Below the pieces are notes generated by a model. It saw only the letters and a list, made by a program, of their open reading frames with translations, had not been told where the DNA came from and did not search any database. A stretch of DNA of 64,000 nucleotides, from positions 43,710,001 through 43,774,000 of the forward strand of contig OZ024743.1 of the NCBI GenBank assembly GCA_964016885.1, written 5' to 3'. Positions 1 to 15,591 of the stretch are shown here, one piece after another. Position 1 is the stretch's first letter. Every line of letters starts with the position of its first letter. This stretch comes from Eledone cirrhosa. Its lineage: Eukaryota. The translations under genes and the position numbers were made by a program.

Positions 1-136
1 TACAGTATATATATATATACAGTATATATATATACAGTATATATAGAAATATATAATACAGTATATATATATATACAGTATATATATATATATATATATA
101 TACAGTATATATATATATTTTTATATATATATACAG

Positions 137-169
<33 letters not shown>

Positions 170-226
170 TATATATATATCTATATATATATACAGTATA
201 TATATATATATTTATATATATACACA

Positions 227-262
<36 letters not shown>

Positions 263-408
263 TTTATATATATATTTTCATATATATATACAGTATATAT
301 ATATATATATATATTTATATACAGTATATATATATATATACATATATATACAGTATATATATATATACTGTAAATATATATACTGTATACATATATACTG
401 TATATATA
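1..408. repeat. (TA)n microsatellite punctuated by CAG/CTG (TATATACAG-type units)
   Basis: Direct reading. CAG interruptions dominate up to ~355 and CTG after that. Confidence 0.95.
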
Positions 409-1949
409 GTGACGAAACATAAGTCAATTGCATGAACTCATAAATTCAAAGCCATAGTTAATTTTGTAGTTTACCTGATGCTGAACAAAGAACTGAAGCT
501 GAGAAACTTATAACTCCTCTTCACCATGAGTTTAGTTATGTAGTGATGGAGGAAATTGCCCTTTTTGCAGCCTCTCTCAAGCTCAAGTCATGTCTCAGGC
601 CATCATAACAGGCAATGTTATTCCATAATGAAATATGGCTTGCAAGTATACTTCCAAGAGTTGATGTAGTCCTTATAATATAATTGAGCTTCATAGTTAG
701 GAAGGGTTCACCTTAGAGATCGTTCAGTAAATTAGCACTGAGAATTATGAAGACCCACAAAATTCTAAGTGCTCTCTGCATAAAGGGTGTAGAAAGCAGT
801 GTTCTGAAGATGAGTTCATTAAAGATTGTTCAGATGCGGAAAGAAAGACCTTTCGTAGGTATTGTTTTGATACATATTACTATAAGTAGCTATATAATAC
901 TGTACCTAGTGTAGGTAATGTTTTGCATTGATAAATGCGTTTAACCTTATTGTGGTGGGATTGATACATTTTGGCCAACGGTTTTAGTATATTTGCTAAA
1001 GTCTATGTAGCAGCCATAAAACTAACCTTTCGGTACATTTATATGAATATTTAATATTTACCTATTGTGTATATATTATGTGTATTCCCATTTAAATTTC
1101 ATGTTTGTGTCTCTATATCACAGTAATGTATTTAATTTTATGTATTACAGAACGATATTTTGCATTTAACATTTGTATGTATAACTTGTCAATTCCAAAT
1201 TCCATGCAATACGTTGGGGTGATATATAAGTTTTGGTGAGAGGCTCAGTCATATCCCTGGATTGCTATTTTCTAAATCCGGTCCAAGCAGCTACCATTTA
1301 TCACATGATGAATCTTAAATTGAAAGAAAACATGTCACAAAACTCAAAATATATCTTTTTCACTCTTGAAATAATATAAAATACATGTCTTTCATAAATA
1401 ATATATTAATATAATTATCTCCAGTCTAGGAATCTCTTCAAAATCATAAATTATAAATTTAGTGCTGTCAGAATATACTTTAAAGTAAATAATAAAAAAG
1501 AGTCGAATTGGGAAAACTTTAAATATTAATCAAAATGTTTCTAAGTACGTGATATTAATATAACATTATGCTGATTATTCGAAGCGTAAGAAGATTTGCC
1601 TGTAAGATTAATCTAGATTGGCAGAATTCATTGTAAATGATACGTTAGTTTCTTAAATAAAAATTATTAACTTGAAATCAAGTAATGCTGATTAATTGGC
1701 ACTATTTCTACATTAGTATATCTATTTACCTCATTTCGCATTCTATAGGGTAGAATATATTCCATGGACAATAATTTAGGTCCTGAATGCAGTCTGATGG
1801 GCAGTGAGGATATTGGTAGAAATACATCACGCCAGATGCTAATTGATAAAGCATTAGTGCGAAATTGCCCAGGGAGACTAATTGGACTAGCCATCTGACG
1901 GATTGATTATCAAAGGAAATATGTGGTCCAGTATTCTTGGATTGGAAGG

Positions 1950-2900
1950 AAGCCATTCTAAAGTCAAAATTGAATGCAAGGAACATAATTTCAGCATTAA
2001 ATTAGAGAGCGGTAGTTGCTGCGATTTATGGTTTAGAAATAAGGTTTTGGAGGAAAGATAGATTAGTAAGAAATGGATCGAAAGTCAAGGAATATGCTAA
2101 TTATTTCCAGATCGGGGAGAAATGAAAGGTAATATTAACAGGTTTTCACATACCAAGGAAGGAGTAGATCTTATCAGTGTAGAAGATTGTAGTGACATAG
2201 ACATAGCGAGTGTACTGGGGTAAGCAAAAGATAGCAGAAAGTCATTAATCAAACATATCAAAATATTAGAATGTAAAAGGAAGAAAGACATAATTGCTAC
2301 AAGAATGCAGAGATAAAATAAAAAAACACAACATGGAAAGTTTTATGTGAACACTGAAGCGGTCAGAGGAGAGAACAGTTGTGAGTGACTCAGGAAAGCT
2401 TGTGTGAAAAGAAAACAAAGGAAACAGATGGATTCTTACTAGTTGCACTGGAACAATCTCAGATAACATGCTGATGGGGAGGATGTATAGATTAGTGTCG
2501 AACATGTGGATGAAGGAATGACAAAGTTACTCATATTTTCAACGAAGGTACAGGAGTAACACAAAGGTTATATAACTTGTGGCGACATGCTAAAGTGGCT
2601 CGGATTATCCAGTGAAAATTGTGTCGCAAACTGGGCTTGAATTGCTCTGTGAAATACGTTAACCATCAAGTTAAAAATGAAAAGATCAAACTGTTGTAAG
2701 ATTTTCACACAGAGATAGGAGATAGGCAATGACATTCAGTACTATAGGCCAGATAGTGTTTTGTTCAAAAAGGCCAAATTGTGTGGATTATATATGTTGC
2801 CTGCCCATTTGGTTTGGAAAGGCAGAAAGATAGAGATAATATCAGTTATTATTAGATGTCTGGGAACAATGACCTGTCGTCTTGAAGGATTATTATTCAA
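1950..2900 (+). pseudogene. Highly decayed R4/Dong-like non-LTR retrotransposon (RT C-terminus, CCHC knuckle, restriction-like endonuclease)
   Basis: Frame-broken motifs: AILKSKLNARNIISALN, KEGVDLISVEDC, CRTCG..KVTHIF, RHAKVARII, ENEKIKLL*DF and YRPDSVL. These match the R4/Dong pattern ILKSKLN..RKEGGRGLISVEDC..CRxC..H..RHD.VA..ENE..KILWDF..RPD. Confidence 0.7.
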
Positions 2901-3529
2901 GATAGAGATGAAAGATAGAGATGAAAGAAGGATTCAGTATAATGCAAACAACATGTTTGTTGGGGACAAATGAATTTTGAAATATGTACTGCATAACTGA
3001 GGTCAAATGACATTGACATATTATTTTCTCAAAATTGAAGTTAAAAGATGTGTACTCTGTGATTGCAAAATAATAATAATAATGATTAAAAAAGCGAGCA
3101 ATACAAAAAAAAAAAAGGGACTGAGGAGATTTACATAAATACGTGTAATCAGAGTCATCTATTGCACTGACCGTATGGCTCCACTGCAAGGTGTCTGTAA
3201 ACTCCTGACAAGTTTCCATATAATTGGTGCTCAATTTCATTCGCCGCCTTACCCACAAATATAGCTTATTCAAAGATTCGAGATGCAGAAAGACTTATCT
3301 TATAAACGGCGACCACATTTGTTCACTATTTATGAATACCTAGAGTTGCCTTAGATCAGCATATGTTTGCGCAGCCTTAACCACGGCATCCCTAGCCCTC
3401 TGCTTAGATGTTGTTGTTAAGAAAGTGACCGCCATACCGGTGGAACCTGTCCCTTCCATAATAATTTGAAATTTAGGCGCTCAAATTTGGTAGAACGTGG
3501 ACGTGGGTAAAGCAATCTATTTTATGTAC

Positions 3530-3912
3530 ATCGTAAGGATGAAAAGAAAGCGAATCTCTCCGAAAATTTGAACTTATAACATGTAGAGAGCCATAAACAA
3601 AAACTACCGAACATTTTGACCGGTAATTTAACGATTACGCCTATATACCACAATCTATATTAATTCCTGATCTATGCACAATTCCTAGAGTGTACGTCGA
3701 TTTGTGTAATGATTCCGAAATTAGGTAGAAGATCAAATATTTATGTAGATTGAAGTCGAATATATCGACCCTGGAATTAGACTGGTCCATTTATTTATCG
3801 ACCCGGAATGTGTGATATTCAAAGTAGACCTCAGTTGAATTTGAACTCAGAAATATAATGAGTGAGAAAGTTACCGCAATTATATTTTCTCCGATACTCC
3901 GTCAATTTTGCT
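3530..3912 (-). mobile_element. Two old, diverged copies of the main tRNA-derived SINE
   Basis: Contains tttatcgaccc..gatttgaactcag-like blocks similar to the younger copies. Confidence 0.5.
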
Positions 3913-4424
3913 AAGATGACAATCTTAATAGTAATCATAAGAAGAAAAATAACAATATTATTAATAATAACAAAAATATCAACAACAATAATGATAATAA
4001 TGTACTTTATATTAATTTAAATTGAAATAAACGAATGTTAAATAATCACATTTTCTCTTAAGTTTTAACAATAATTCCCATAAATTAATATTTAAATTGT
4101 ATTTACATACAATACAAAAAGGTCTTATTTTCTAATTACTTTACTAATCATTATTTCACTTTGATTAATTATTTCAATTCAGAATATGATTTCTGCGAAA
4201 TGCCAGACAATTTTCAAAGCATATCTCTCAACACACTGGAAAGAGTTGCGTAATTCTAAGGTATCTAACTAATTCTTGTGTTCTGTCAATGTAGTCTCTC
4301 AATTGCTATTCGCAATTACAATTTCAGCGAAATTTTCTTTTGCCTGGTTATTAAGATTTTGAGACGATTTATGCACGTATATTTATTTATATATTTATTA
4401 TTTAAGAAATTACTATTTAAGAAA

Positions 4425-4617
4425 GGGTGGTAGATTGGCAGTATCGGTAAGGGTCGGACGCCATGCTTTGCAGCAAAGAGTTACGGCACTTTATGTTCTG
4501 AGTTCAAATCCCGCCAAGATTAACTTTGCCTTTCATCCTTACGAGGTCGATAAAATAAAGTACCAGTTATACACTGAGATAATTGCTGGCCTTCTGCCAA
4601 AAGTACAAACAATTATT
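4425..4617 (+). mobile_element. tRNA-derived SINE (main family, ~190 bp)
   Basis: Head ggtggtagattggcag, B box gagttcaaatccc, core ttgcctttcatccttacgaggtcgataaaataaagtaccag, tail aaacaatta. Flanked by TSD-like tatttaagaaa. Confidence 0.9.
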
Positions 4618-5374
4618 TAAGAAATTAGTAATTTGCGTTTTACTTTTTAAAAAGAGTTATACTTTCGGAATAAATAGACTTCTGGTCGATATTTCCTTCA
4701 GGACCTCGTTGCATAAAACATGTACCGATGTCGCTTTCGACATTTTTTTATTTTGGTCTGCATGAGACTAACATCGCATTTTCATTAGTGATAAGCTGTT
4801 CGACATAAGGCCACGAGGTCGTGAATTTTATTGTCGAACCGGGCAGTGCGTTACATTCTTAGTTGATACCCTATATTTCACGTTTCTTATGTTAGGACTG
4901 TCACGGATATTATTAAAACCCCTGAGAAACCTCACTTTATAGAAAATCGTGTGAAATGCATGAGTTGTAAATTTCATCTTTTTTGCTATTTCAATATAAT
5001 CTTTATATTCATTTATATATTTATGTCAGACGAAATTGATAAGACGGTAAATCAATAAGTAAACGATGTTGTTATTCATTTTAAAAACAATAATTCAATT
5101 TGAAATGGGTTTGACGTTGTGACTACAAAATATATTTGATTTAAAATAATTGTTGTATTTAGAAATCTTGTCTAAACAGGATGTTATATTGATATCTATT
5201 TACCAGAAATATAATGATAAATAAGTGTCTAAATGTGTGCATTTGAAAACAGTTTCAATGCGAATTCTCAGATGCGGGAAACGATGCGCTACAAAAGTGG
5301 GTGGGTGCGTAGCATGACGTAGTTTCATATGGAAAGAATGGAGGGAACTAACCTGAATAAACATTTATATATAT

Positions 5375-5752
5375 GGAGAAAATTGTAGTTTACTTTAAGC
5401 ATTGTGTAGTGAAGTATAAACGTTTGGAGTTGGAAGGTCAAAACAATGCAGGTATGGATATAGAATATGAATACGAATGCAAAAGATATTGTTGACAATT
5501 AGTCTTTTACCTTAAATTTATATGAATATCCTTAATTTTCGAGATAATATCTCTTCTTCGGAGGTAAGTAAAGGGGTTAATCCCGTGTTCTAATTAGCTT
5601 GCTTCCATTACTTTTAAGAAGAGATATTATCTCGAAAATTAAGGATATTCAAATAATGTTAAGGTAAAAGACTAATTGTCAACAATATCTTTTGCATTTG
5701 TATTTATATTCTATATGCATACCTGCATTGTTTTGGCCTTCCAACTCCAAAC

Positions 5753-5757
<5 letters not shown>
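5375..5757 (-). mobile_element. Solo terminal repeat of the Penelope/Poseidon-type PLE, with inverted duplication
   Basis: 5375-5605 is homologous to 17356-17590. 5616-5757 is the reverse complement of ~5415-5558 and ends in (TA)n. Confidence 0.8.
5530..5564 (-). ncRNA. Degenerate minimal type I hammerhead in the PLE terminal repeat
   Basis: Minus strand reads cct-CCGAAGA-a-gagat att atctc-GAAA-AT-TA-agg. Stem I is cct/agg and the core has U4>C. Confidence 0.5.
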
Positions 5758-6340
<583 letters not shown>

Positions 6341-6646
6341 TGCCTTTCATCCTTACGGGGTCCATAAAATAAAGTACCGGTAATGTAAAGGGTAAATGCT
6401 GGCCTTGTGCCAAAAGTAGAAACAATTATATATATATATATATTTATATATAGTGATGATGATTTTTCTCGAATGAAACAGTCCAAGAAACCATTTCTAT
6501 TTTGAATATATACATACATATATATAGGAGGAGGTTATAGTTCACTTGAAACATTGTGTAATGAGGTATACACGTTTGTATATCTATAATAAAGCCAAAA
6601 CAATGCAGGTATGGACATTACTGGATCTAGGATAATCCTATACCTA

Positions 6647-8911
<2,265 letters not shown>

Positions 8912-8917
8912 TGCATG

Positions 8918-9067
<150 letters not shown>

Positions 9068-9093
9068 TATTCATAAATTTACATATATATATA

Positions 9094-9159
<66 letters not shown>

Positions 9160-9381
9160 TATATATATATATTTTGGGACGAGTAGGACCCCGACGGCTG
9201 AGCCCAAGCCGTTTAGACGGCTAATTCTGGACTAAAATTATTTTAGTCCAGAATTAGCCGTCGAAACGGTTTGAGCTGAGCCGTCGGGGCTCTACTCGTT
9301 CCTATTACCCACTCTACTTCCCTAAGTATTGAGTACTTTGGTGCATTATGGTCCACCTCGTTCCTTACCACATCTCCTTCG

Positions 9382-9419
<38 letters not shown>

Positions 9420-9430
9420 AGTAGAAGTTG

Positions 9431-9533
<103 letters not shown>

Positions 9534-9653
9534 TCAGTTCCTCAGTGAAATGACAACCCAACCAGGGACTGGACATATCAGAGTATTGACAAAGTTAAAC
9601 ACCTCAACAACATATCTACTCGTCTCTACCGCACTAATTCGGACTGCCTGACG

Positions 9654-11085
9654 CGTACACAGATGAAGATAAGTAACTTAAGTAATATTATAGAGCAGCT
9701 ATTCACAACTTCAAATGAGAAAATGAAAATATCGAAAAGATAAGATGGAATAAGGAATATAAAATAAAATAAAGTAAGATGGTTCTCCACTAGACCCCCT
9801 AGAAGTAATAGGCCAAGAAAAATCACCTGGCTTAACCCCCCATTCTCATCTAATTTAGCCACTAATTTCCCTAAACGCTTCTTCTTTATCCTATCTAAAC
9901 ATTCCCCCCACTCCCCCAGCCATAGATATTACAAATTCTTTAATAAAAACAACTTAAAATCTCATTCTAAACGACACCGAACCTAGCTAGCCACATCGCA
10001 TTTAGTAACCTTCATAAACTAAAAAGATATGACTCCCACACCGCGGTACCACCACCCCTCTCAAATACACCACGCCACTAAACCAATACTTACTCTAGTA
10101 GCATGCATCCCCCCTCTAATCCTATTAGTACACACCAGCCGCATAGTTTAAACAACCCTACCCTTACTAACTGCAACAGTAATTGCAACTGCTGTTACCC
10201 TAATGCATGCCCACTTAATGGACAATGCCTTATTCCCAATATAGTATATAGGTGCACAGTTAAAACAGCATCACATACTAGCTCCTATATTGGCTCTACC
10301 CCTAACTCATTTAAGGTACGCTATAACGTGCACTTATTTTCCTTCCAAGCCCCAAGCAATAGATGTTCAACATCTCTAGCTAGGCTCATTAAAAACCTTA
10401 AATTAACCAACATTGAACACTCACATGGGATATCTTGGCTAGATCCCCAGCGTTCAATGGACGAAAAACGGCTGTGATCTCTGTCTTACCGAGGCCTATT
10501 ATATAACTCTGTAACGACCACAATACTTATTAACGATAGAAATGAGGTAACTATTAACTGTCACCATCGAAGGGCAAATTCCTACGCCAACAGAATATTC
10601 GACCCAACATAGTCATCAAATCTCGCTAATACATATAGCTAGCATGTTAAATATTTAATCCAGACTTGGATAATTAAAAGTTGGACATTGCCTTACACCC
10701 AATATAGTAGACATTCTCTCTCACTTAAGCTCATTAGCACTTCTTAGCTATAAATCACCTATGATTTTAATTGTTCAAGGAGTTACCTCCCTTGAAACCC
10801 GTCTCTAATTACTAACGTAAATTTGCTTAAGTGGCCATTTTGTTAGGCAGATCTTGCTTAATACAGTCTCGACAGAAGCGCAATGCTTGCTTTAGCAGAC
10901 ACTACACATATCCAGGACCCGTTTCGTGAAATACCAATATATGGAACATTACATTCATGTAACCATCTTACTTTATTTTATATTCCTTATTCCATTTTAT
11001 CTTTATCAATATTTTCATTATCTCATTTGAAGTTCTGAAGAGCTGCTCCAACATAGTATTTAAGTTACTTATCTTCATCTGAACC
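9654..11085 (+). mobile_element. Decayed Naiad-type PLE fragment (GIY-YIG region ~9790-10610) with inverted 5' segment
   Basis: Motifs ITWLNPPFS, CNCCYPNACPLNGQCL, IVYRC..SYIGST, CDLCLTE. 9661-9784 is the reverse complement of ~10961-11081. Confidence 0.85.
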
Positions 11086-11532
11086 AGATCAATAACGATA
11101 TATAATCAATTGATCGAGAAACATTATATGGAGTAGCGAAATAATTGTAAACGGACATGACATTATTATTATTATTCCTTACATTAAACTATAATTACAC
11201 TCATTATTACTTACATTAAACTGCAACTGTGTTGACACTCTTTAAATAACGTCTTCCCTGTGAATTGTGTGGTCTTGTTTTGCTTAACTAATGAATATTT
11301 CCAGCTCTGTGCACCTAATCTCTGCACGAACCCAGCCACCTAGCTGCCTTCCACTGCATATTGCATATCGAGCACATGCCTTTACGCTTTTGGCTTTTAA
11401 CCCCTTCACCAATCTCTCTTCTCCTCTCCTCTCTCCATCTCTCGGCGAGACTTGAAATCAGACTTTTAAGGGGCGAAACTCTATTCTACAAAGCATGGCG
11501 TCCGACCCTCTACCGAATCTGCTTATCCACCG

Positions 11533-11568
<36 letters not shown>

Positions 11569-11721
11569 ATAAATGCTCTGAAATAGCGATATATATGTGA
11601 ATATAGACATAGAATATTCGAAAATATTCTGTATGTTTATAATAAACATTTTGAAGACCTAATCGCTATAGAATAGAATACGTCACGTATTACAATTAGA
11701 TTCTCGATAAAAGCAAGGGAA

Positions 11722-11764
11722 GTAATCTACGCGTTTCATTCTTGTTAGAAATCTTCAGGACTAC
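11722..11764 (-). ncRNA. Type I hammerhead ribozyme (inverted unit of the array)
   Basis: Reverse complement of gtagtc-CTGAAGA-tttctaacaagaat-GAAA-CGCG-TA-gattac. Confidence 0.85.
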
Positions 11765-12069
11765 ATATCCAGTGCTTTTATCGAGAATGACACAGCTAGA
11801 GACTTATAGAATACTTAGCTGTGTACAGGAACTGGTTTGAAAGAGCGGTTGCCGGTCCGGCAGAAATTAGAAATTGGAATAAATGCTCTGAAATAGCGAT
11901 ATATATGTGAATATAGACATAGAATATTCGAAAATATTCTGTATGTTTATAATAAACATTTTGAAGACCTAATCGCTATAGAATAGAATACGTCACGTAT
12001 TACAATTAGACACAGCTAAGTATTCTATAAGTCTCTAGCTGTGTCATTCTCGATAAAAGCACTGGATAT

Positions 12070-12112
12070 GTAGTCCTGAAGATTTCTAACAAGAATGAAA
12101 CGCGTAGATTAC
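12070..12112 (+). ncRNA. Type I minimal hammerhead ribozyme, repeated at 12380, 12690, 13000 and 13310
   Basis: Stem I gtagtc/gattac, core CUGAAGA, stem II ttct-aaca-agaa with U.U base, GAAA, palindromic ACGCGU stem III, GUA cleavage triplet (after 12106). A 16-bp extension attctcgataaaagca/tgcttttatcgagaat flanks it. Confidence 0.88.
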
Positions 12113-13474
12113 TTCCCTTGCTTTTATCGAGAATCTAATTGTAATACGTGACGTATTCTATTCTATAGCGATTAGGTCTTCAAAATGTTTATTATAAACA
12201 TACAGAATATTTTCGAATATTCTATGTCTATATTCACATATATATCGCTATTTCAGAGCATTTATTCCAATTTCTAATTTCTGCCGGACCGGCAACCGCT
12301 CTTTCAAACCAGTTCCTGTACACAGCTAAGTATTCTATAAGTCTCTAGCTGTGTCATTCTCGATAAAAGCACTGGATATGTAGTCCTGAAGATTTCTAAC
12401 AAGAATGAAACGCGTAGATTACTTCCCTTGCTTTTATCGAGAATCTAATTGTAATACGTGACGTATTCTATTCTATAGCGATTAGGTCTTCAAAATGTTT
12501 ATTATAAACATACAGAATATTTTCGAATATTCTATGTCTATATTCACATATATATCGCTATTTCAGAGCATTTATTCCAATTTCTAATTTCTGCCGGACC
12601 GGCAACCGCTCTTTCAAACCAGTTCCTGTACACAGCTAAGTATTCTATAAGTCTCTAGCTGTGTCATTCTCGATAAAAGCACTGGATATGTAGTCCTGAA
12701 GATTTCTAACAAGAATGAAACGCGTAGATTATTTCCCTTGCTTTTATCGAGAATCTAATTGTAATACGTGACGTATTCTATTCTATAGCGATTAGGTCTT
12801 CAAAATGTTTATTATAAACATACAGAATATTTTCGAATATTCTATGTCTATATTCACATATATATCGCTATTTCAGAGCATTTATTCCAATTTCTAATTT
12901 CTGCCGGACCGGCAACCGCTCTTTCAAACCAGTTCCTGTACACAGCTAAGTATTCTATAAGTCTCTAGCTGTGTCATTCTCGATAAAAGCACTGGATATG
13001 TAGTCCTGAAGATTTCTAACAAGAATGAAACGCGTAGATTACTTCCCTTGCTTTTATCGAGAATCTAATTGTAATACGTGACGTATTCTATTCTATAGCG
13101 ATTAGGTCTTCAAAATGTTTATTATAAACATACAGAATATTATCGAATATTCTATGTCTATATTCACATATATATCGCTATTTCAGAGCATTTATTCCAA
13201 TTTCTAATTTCTGCCGGACCGGCAACCGCTCTTTCAAACCAGTTCCTGTACACAGCTAATTATTCTATAAGTCTCTAGCTGTGTCATTCTCGATAAAAGC
13301 ACTGGATATGTAGTCCTGAAGATTTCTAACAAGAATGAAACGCGTAGATTACTTCCCTTGCTTTTATCGAGAATCTAATTGTAATACGTGACGTATTCTA
13401 TTCTATAGCGATTAGGTCTTCAAAATGTTTATTATAAACATACAGAATATTTTCGAATATTCTATGTCTATATT

Positions 13475-13526
<52 letters not shown>

Positions 13527-13528
<2 letters not shown>

Positions 13529-15551
13529 TATTGAAATTTCAGTTGGAAACAGAAAAGGTCATAGAAATGAAGAGTGCTCTATGTAAGTAACAGAGCAAAA
13601 TTTAATGTATAAAATCAATACAATATAATTACCTCATTACCAGAGGTTTCCCGAATGAGGCGAATACGAATAAAATTAGCTATTCCTCCGGTCCCCTATT
13701 AAGTCCTATATCCTCAACAAAACATCACCTAGAGAAAATCAAACTTGCTCCTGTAGAATCAAAAGTGAATGCCCATTACAAGGTAAATGCAACACCAAAG
13801 CCATTGTATATGCGGCTAATGTGACAACTATCAGCAACAACCATCCAGTCACCAGTGAACGATATGTGGGTATGACGCAAGACAGATTCAAAACGCGTTA
13901 TTACTCACATGTCGCATCCTTTCGACATCCAGAAAAAAGATTTACAACAGGTCTGGCTAGCAGAATCTGGGATTTGAAAGACCAAGGCATCCAATATAAA
14001 CTAGATTGATCAATTTTGAACCAATCTAAAAAATATGCTAGAGGAACAAGAAAATGCACGCTCTGCATAAACGAAAAATTTTGGATATTGCAAGATCTCA
14101 AATCACCAAAGACCTGCCTAAACACAAAGACGGAAATGTTTACCAGTTGCCCACACATGAAATCACACCTGCTTTCCAGCTCACATAAACTTAACACACT
14201 TTCAGACACTTATCCTCCATAAACTCTGATTATTCTCTTTTTAATTACCCTTTCTGACTTACTTTCATTCTTATCCTTGTCAATAATTTCATTTATTTTT
14301 ACTTTTATTTATTTTTTTATTTATTTTTACTTCACCCCCCCCCCCCTTTATTCTCCGATCCACTTCCTATTTTCTATTTTTTACTTCCCCTTCTTTTACT
14401 TCCCTTTTTCCTCTACTAACTGATTATACTTGTCTTTTGTGTTTTTCAATCCAGATATTTTTCATTTTTATCTTTATTTTATTTTTGCGCAGCCTATCCT
14501 ACAATTTTATATTTGTATTTATTTATCCACGTTTCAATATGGCTGAACGCCTTAATGTGTGTATATTTTTTTTATTTTTTATATATGTACATGAGTGACT
14601 ACGTATGTGCGCGCGCCTGCGTGCATGTATGTGTATATATATAAATATATATATATATATATGTACGTGTATGTATGCGTGTGTGTACTGGTGTTTGTGT
14701 GTGTATGTATATATTATGCATATGTGTAAGTGTCTTTATATCCGTGTTTTTGACATTTCGGTTTTATATTTTTTGTTTCTTTTTTCTTCTCCCCCCCCCC
14801 TCCCTCTTTTGTTACTTACCCAGTTTCATACATGGGCATGCAAACAGGTTTATATGCGCGAGTATAAGTATGTGTGTGTGTGTGTGTGTATGTACGTATC
14901 GAACGTATGGAAGTGTAAGTGCGCGTGTGTATATAAGCATAATTATTTTTACATTTCTTTTGTGAGACACGCGTGTCTGTGTATGTATGTACCCCCGCTT
15001 TTTTTGTTTTCTTTAATTTTTTCTTTCTATCTTGTCTTTCTAATTTATCGTTACTATATTTTTATAAATATATCGTAATAGATACTTTTCTTTCATTTAT
15101 TATACTCTCTTTATCTCCTTTCTTTCCGCATCTAAGTGTACGAGTGTCCAGGCGTTTTTATGCGCGCGACTTTATATTCTTATTTTTACGAAGTAACCAT
15201 TTCCGTCTGTATAATACAGACATATAGATACATTTGCCCTAAATTTTTATAATTACGCACACTTTCTAACCATACATTTACACGTGCACATATACATATA
15301 TGCACATCTATGAGCGTATATACATACACATACACACACCTAACTATTTTTCTTGATAGATTTTTATATATTTCAATTTCTATTTCATTTATCTATATAT
15401 TTTTTTGATTTTCTTGATGTGTTTTTCTAAGTATTTGCCCATGTTTTATATTGCCTCGTCTGACGAACGAATGAAGTCGTTTATTTCGTATTCGCCTCAT
15501 TCGGGAAACCTCTGGTAATGAGGTAATTATATTGTATTGATTTTATACATT
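13527..15551 (+). mobile_element. Naiad-type PLE 3' fragment (GIY-YIG ~13743-14222, long 3' UTR) with inverted terminal piece at the 5' side
   Basis: Motifs TCSCRIKSECPLQGKC, IVYAANV..YVGMTQDRFKTRY, CTLCINE, CPH. 13604-13670 is the reverse complement of ~15485-15551. TA tracts lie on both sides. Confidence 0.85.
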
Positions 15552-15554
15552 ATA

Positions 15555-15591
<37 letters not shown>

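Larger units (their letters stand above)
11564..13478. repeat. 310-bp hammerhead-containing tandem array (retrozyme-like): ~1.4 units on minus (11564-12010), then ~4.7 units on plus (unit starts 12011, 12321, 12631, 12941, 13251), flanked by (TA)n
   Basis: Exact 310-bp periodicity with only a few substitutions between units. Confidence 0.95.

Noticed and set aside
4425-4515. tRNA gene
   Set aside because: A/B boxes belong to the SINE head and there is no cloverleaf.
11030-11070. Hammerhead in the 3' region of the 9.7-11 kb Naiad (ctgaagagctgctc..)
   Set aside because: None of the four homologous copies has the GAAA half, so it is at best an old relic.
12011-13478. CRISPR array or rDNA/5S repeat
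   Set aside because: Units are wholly identical with no spacers, and there is no rRNA similarity.
13743-14222. Selenocysteine-encoding Naiad (in-frame TGA), as reported for some Naiads
   Set aside because: The conserved Cys positions I checked in the Naiad fragments are TGT/TGC. The in-frame TGA at ~14007 falls on a conserved Trp and is best read as TGG>TGA decay.
15458-15480. CTGACGA..GAAG HHR-like motif near the Naiad 3' end
   Set aside because: No GAAA and no convincing stem I.
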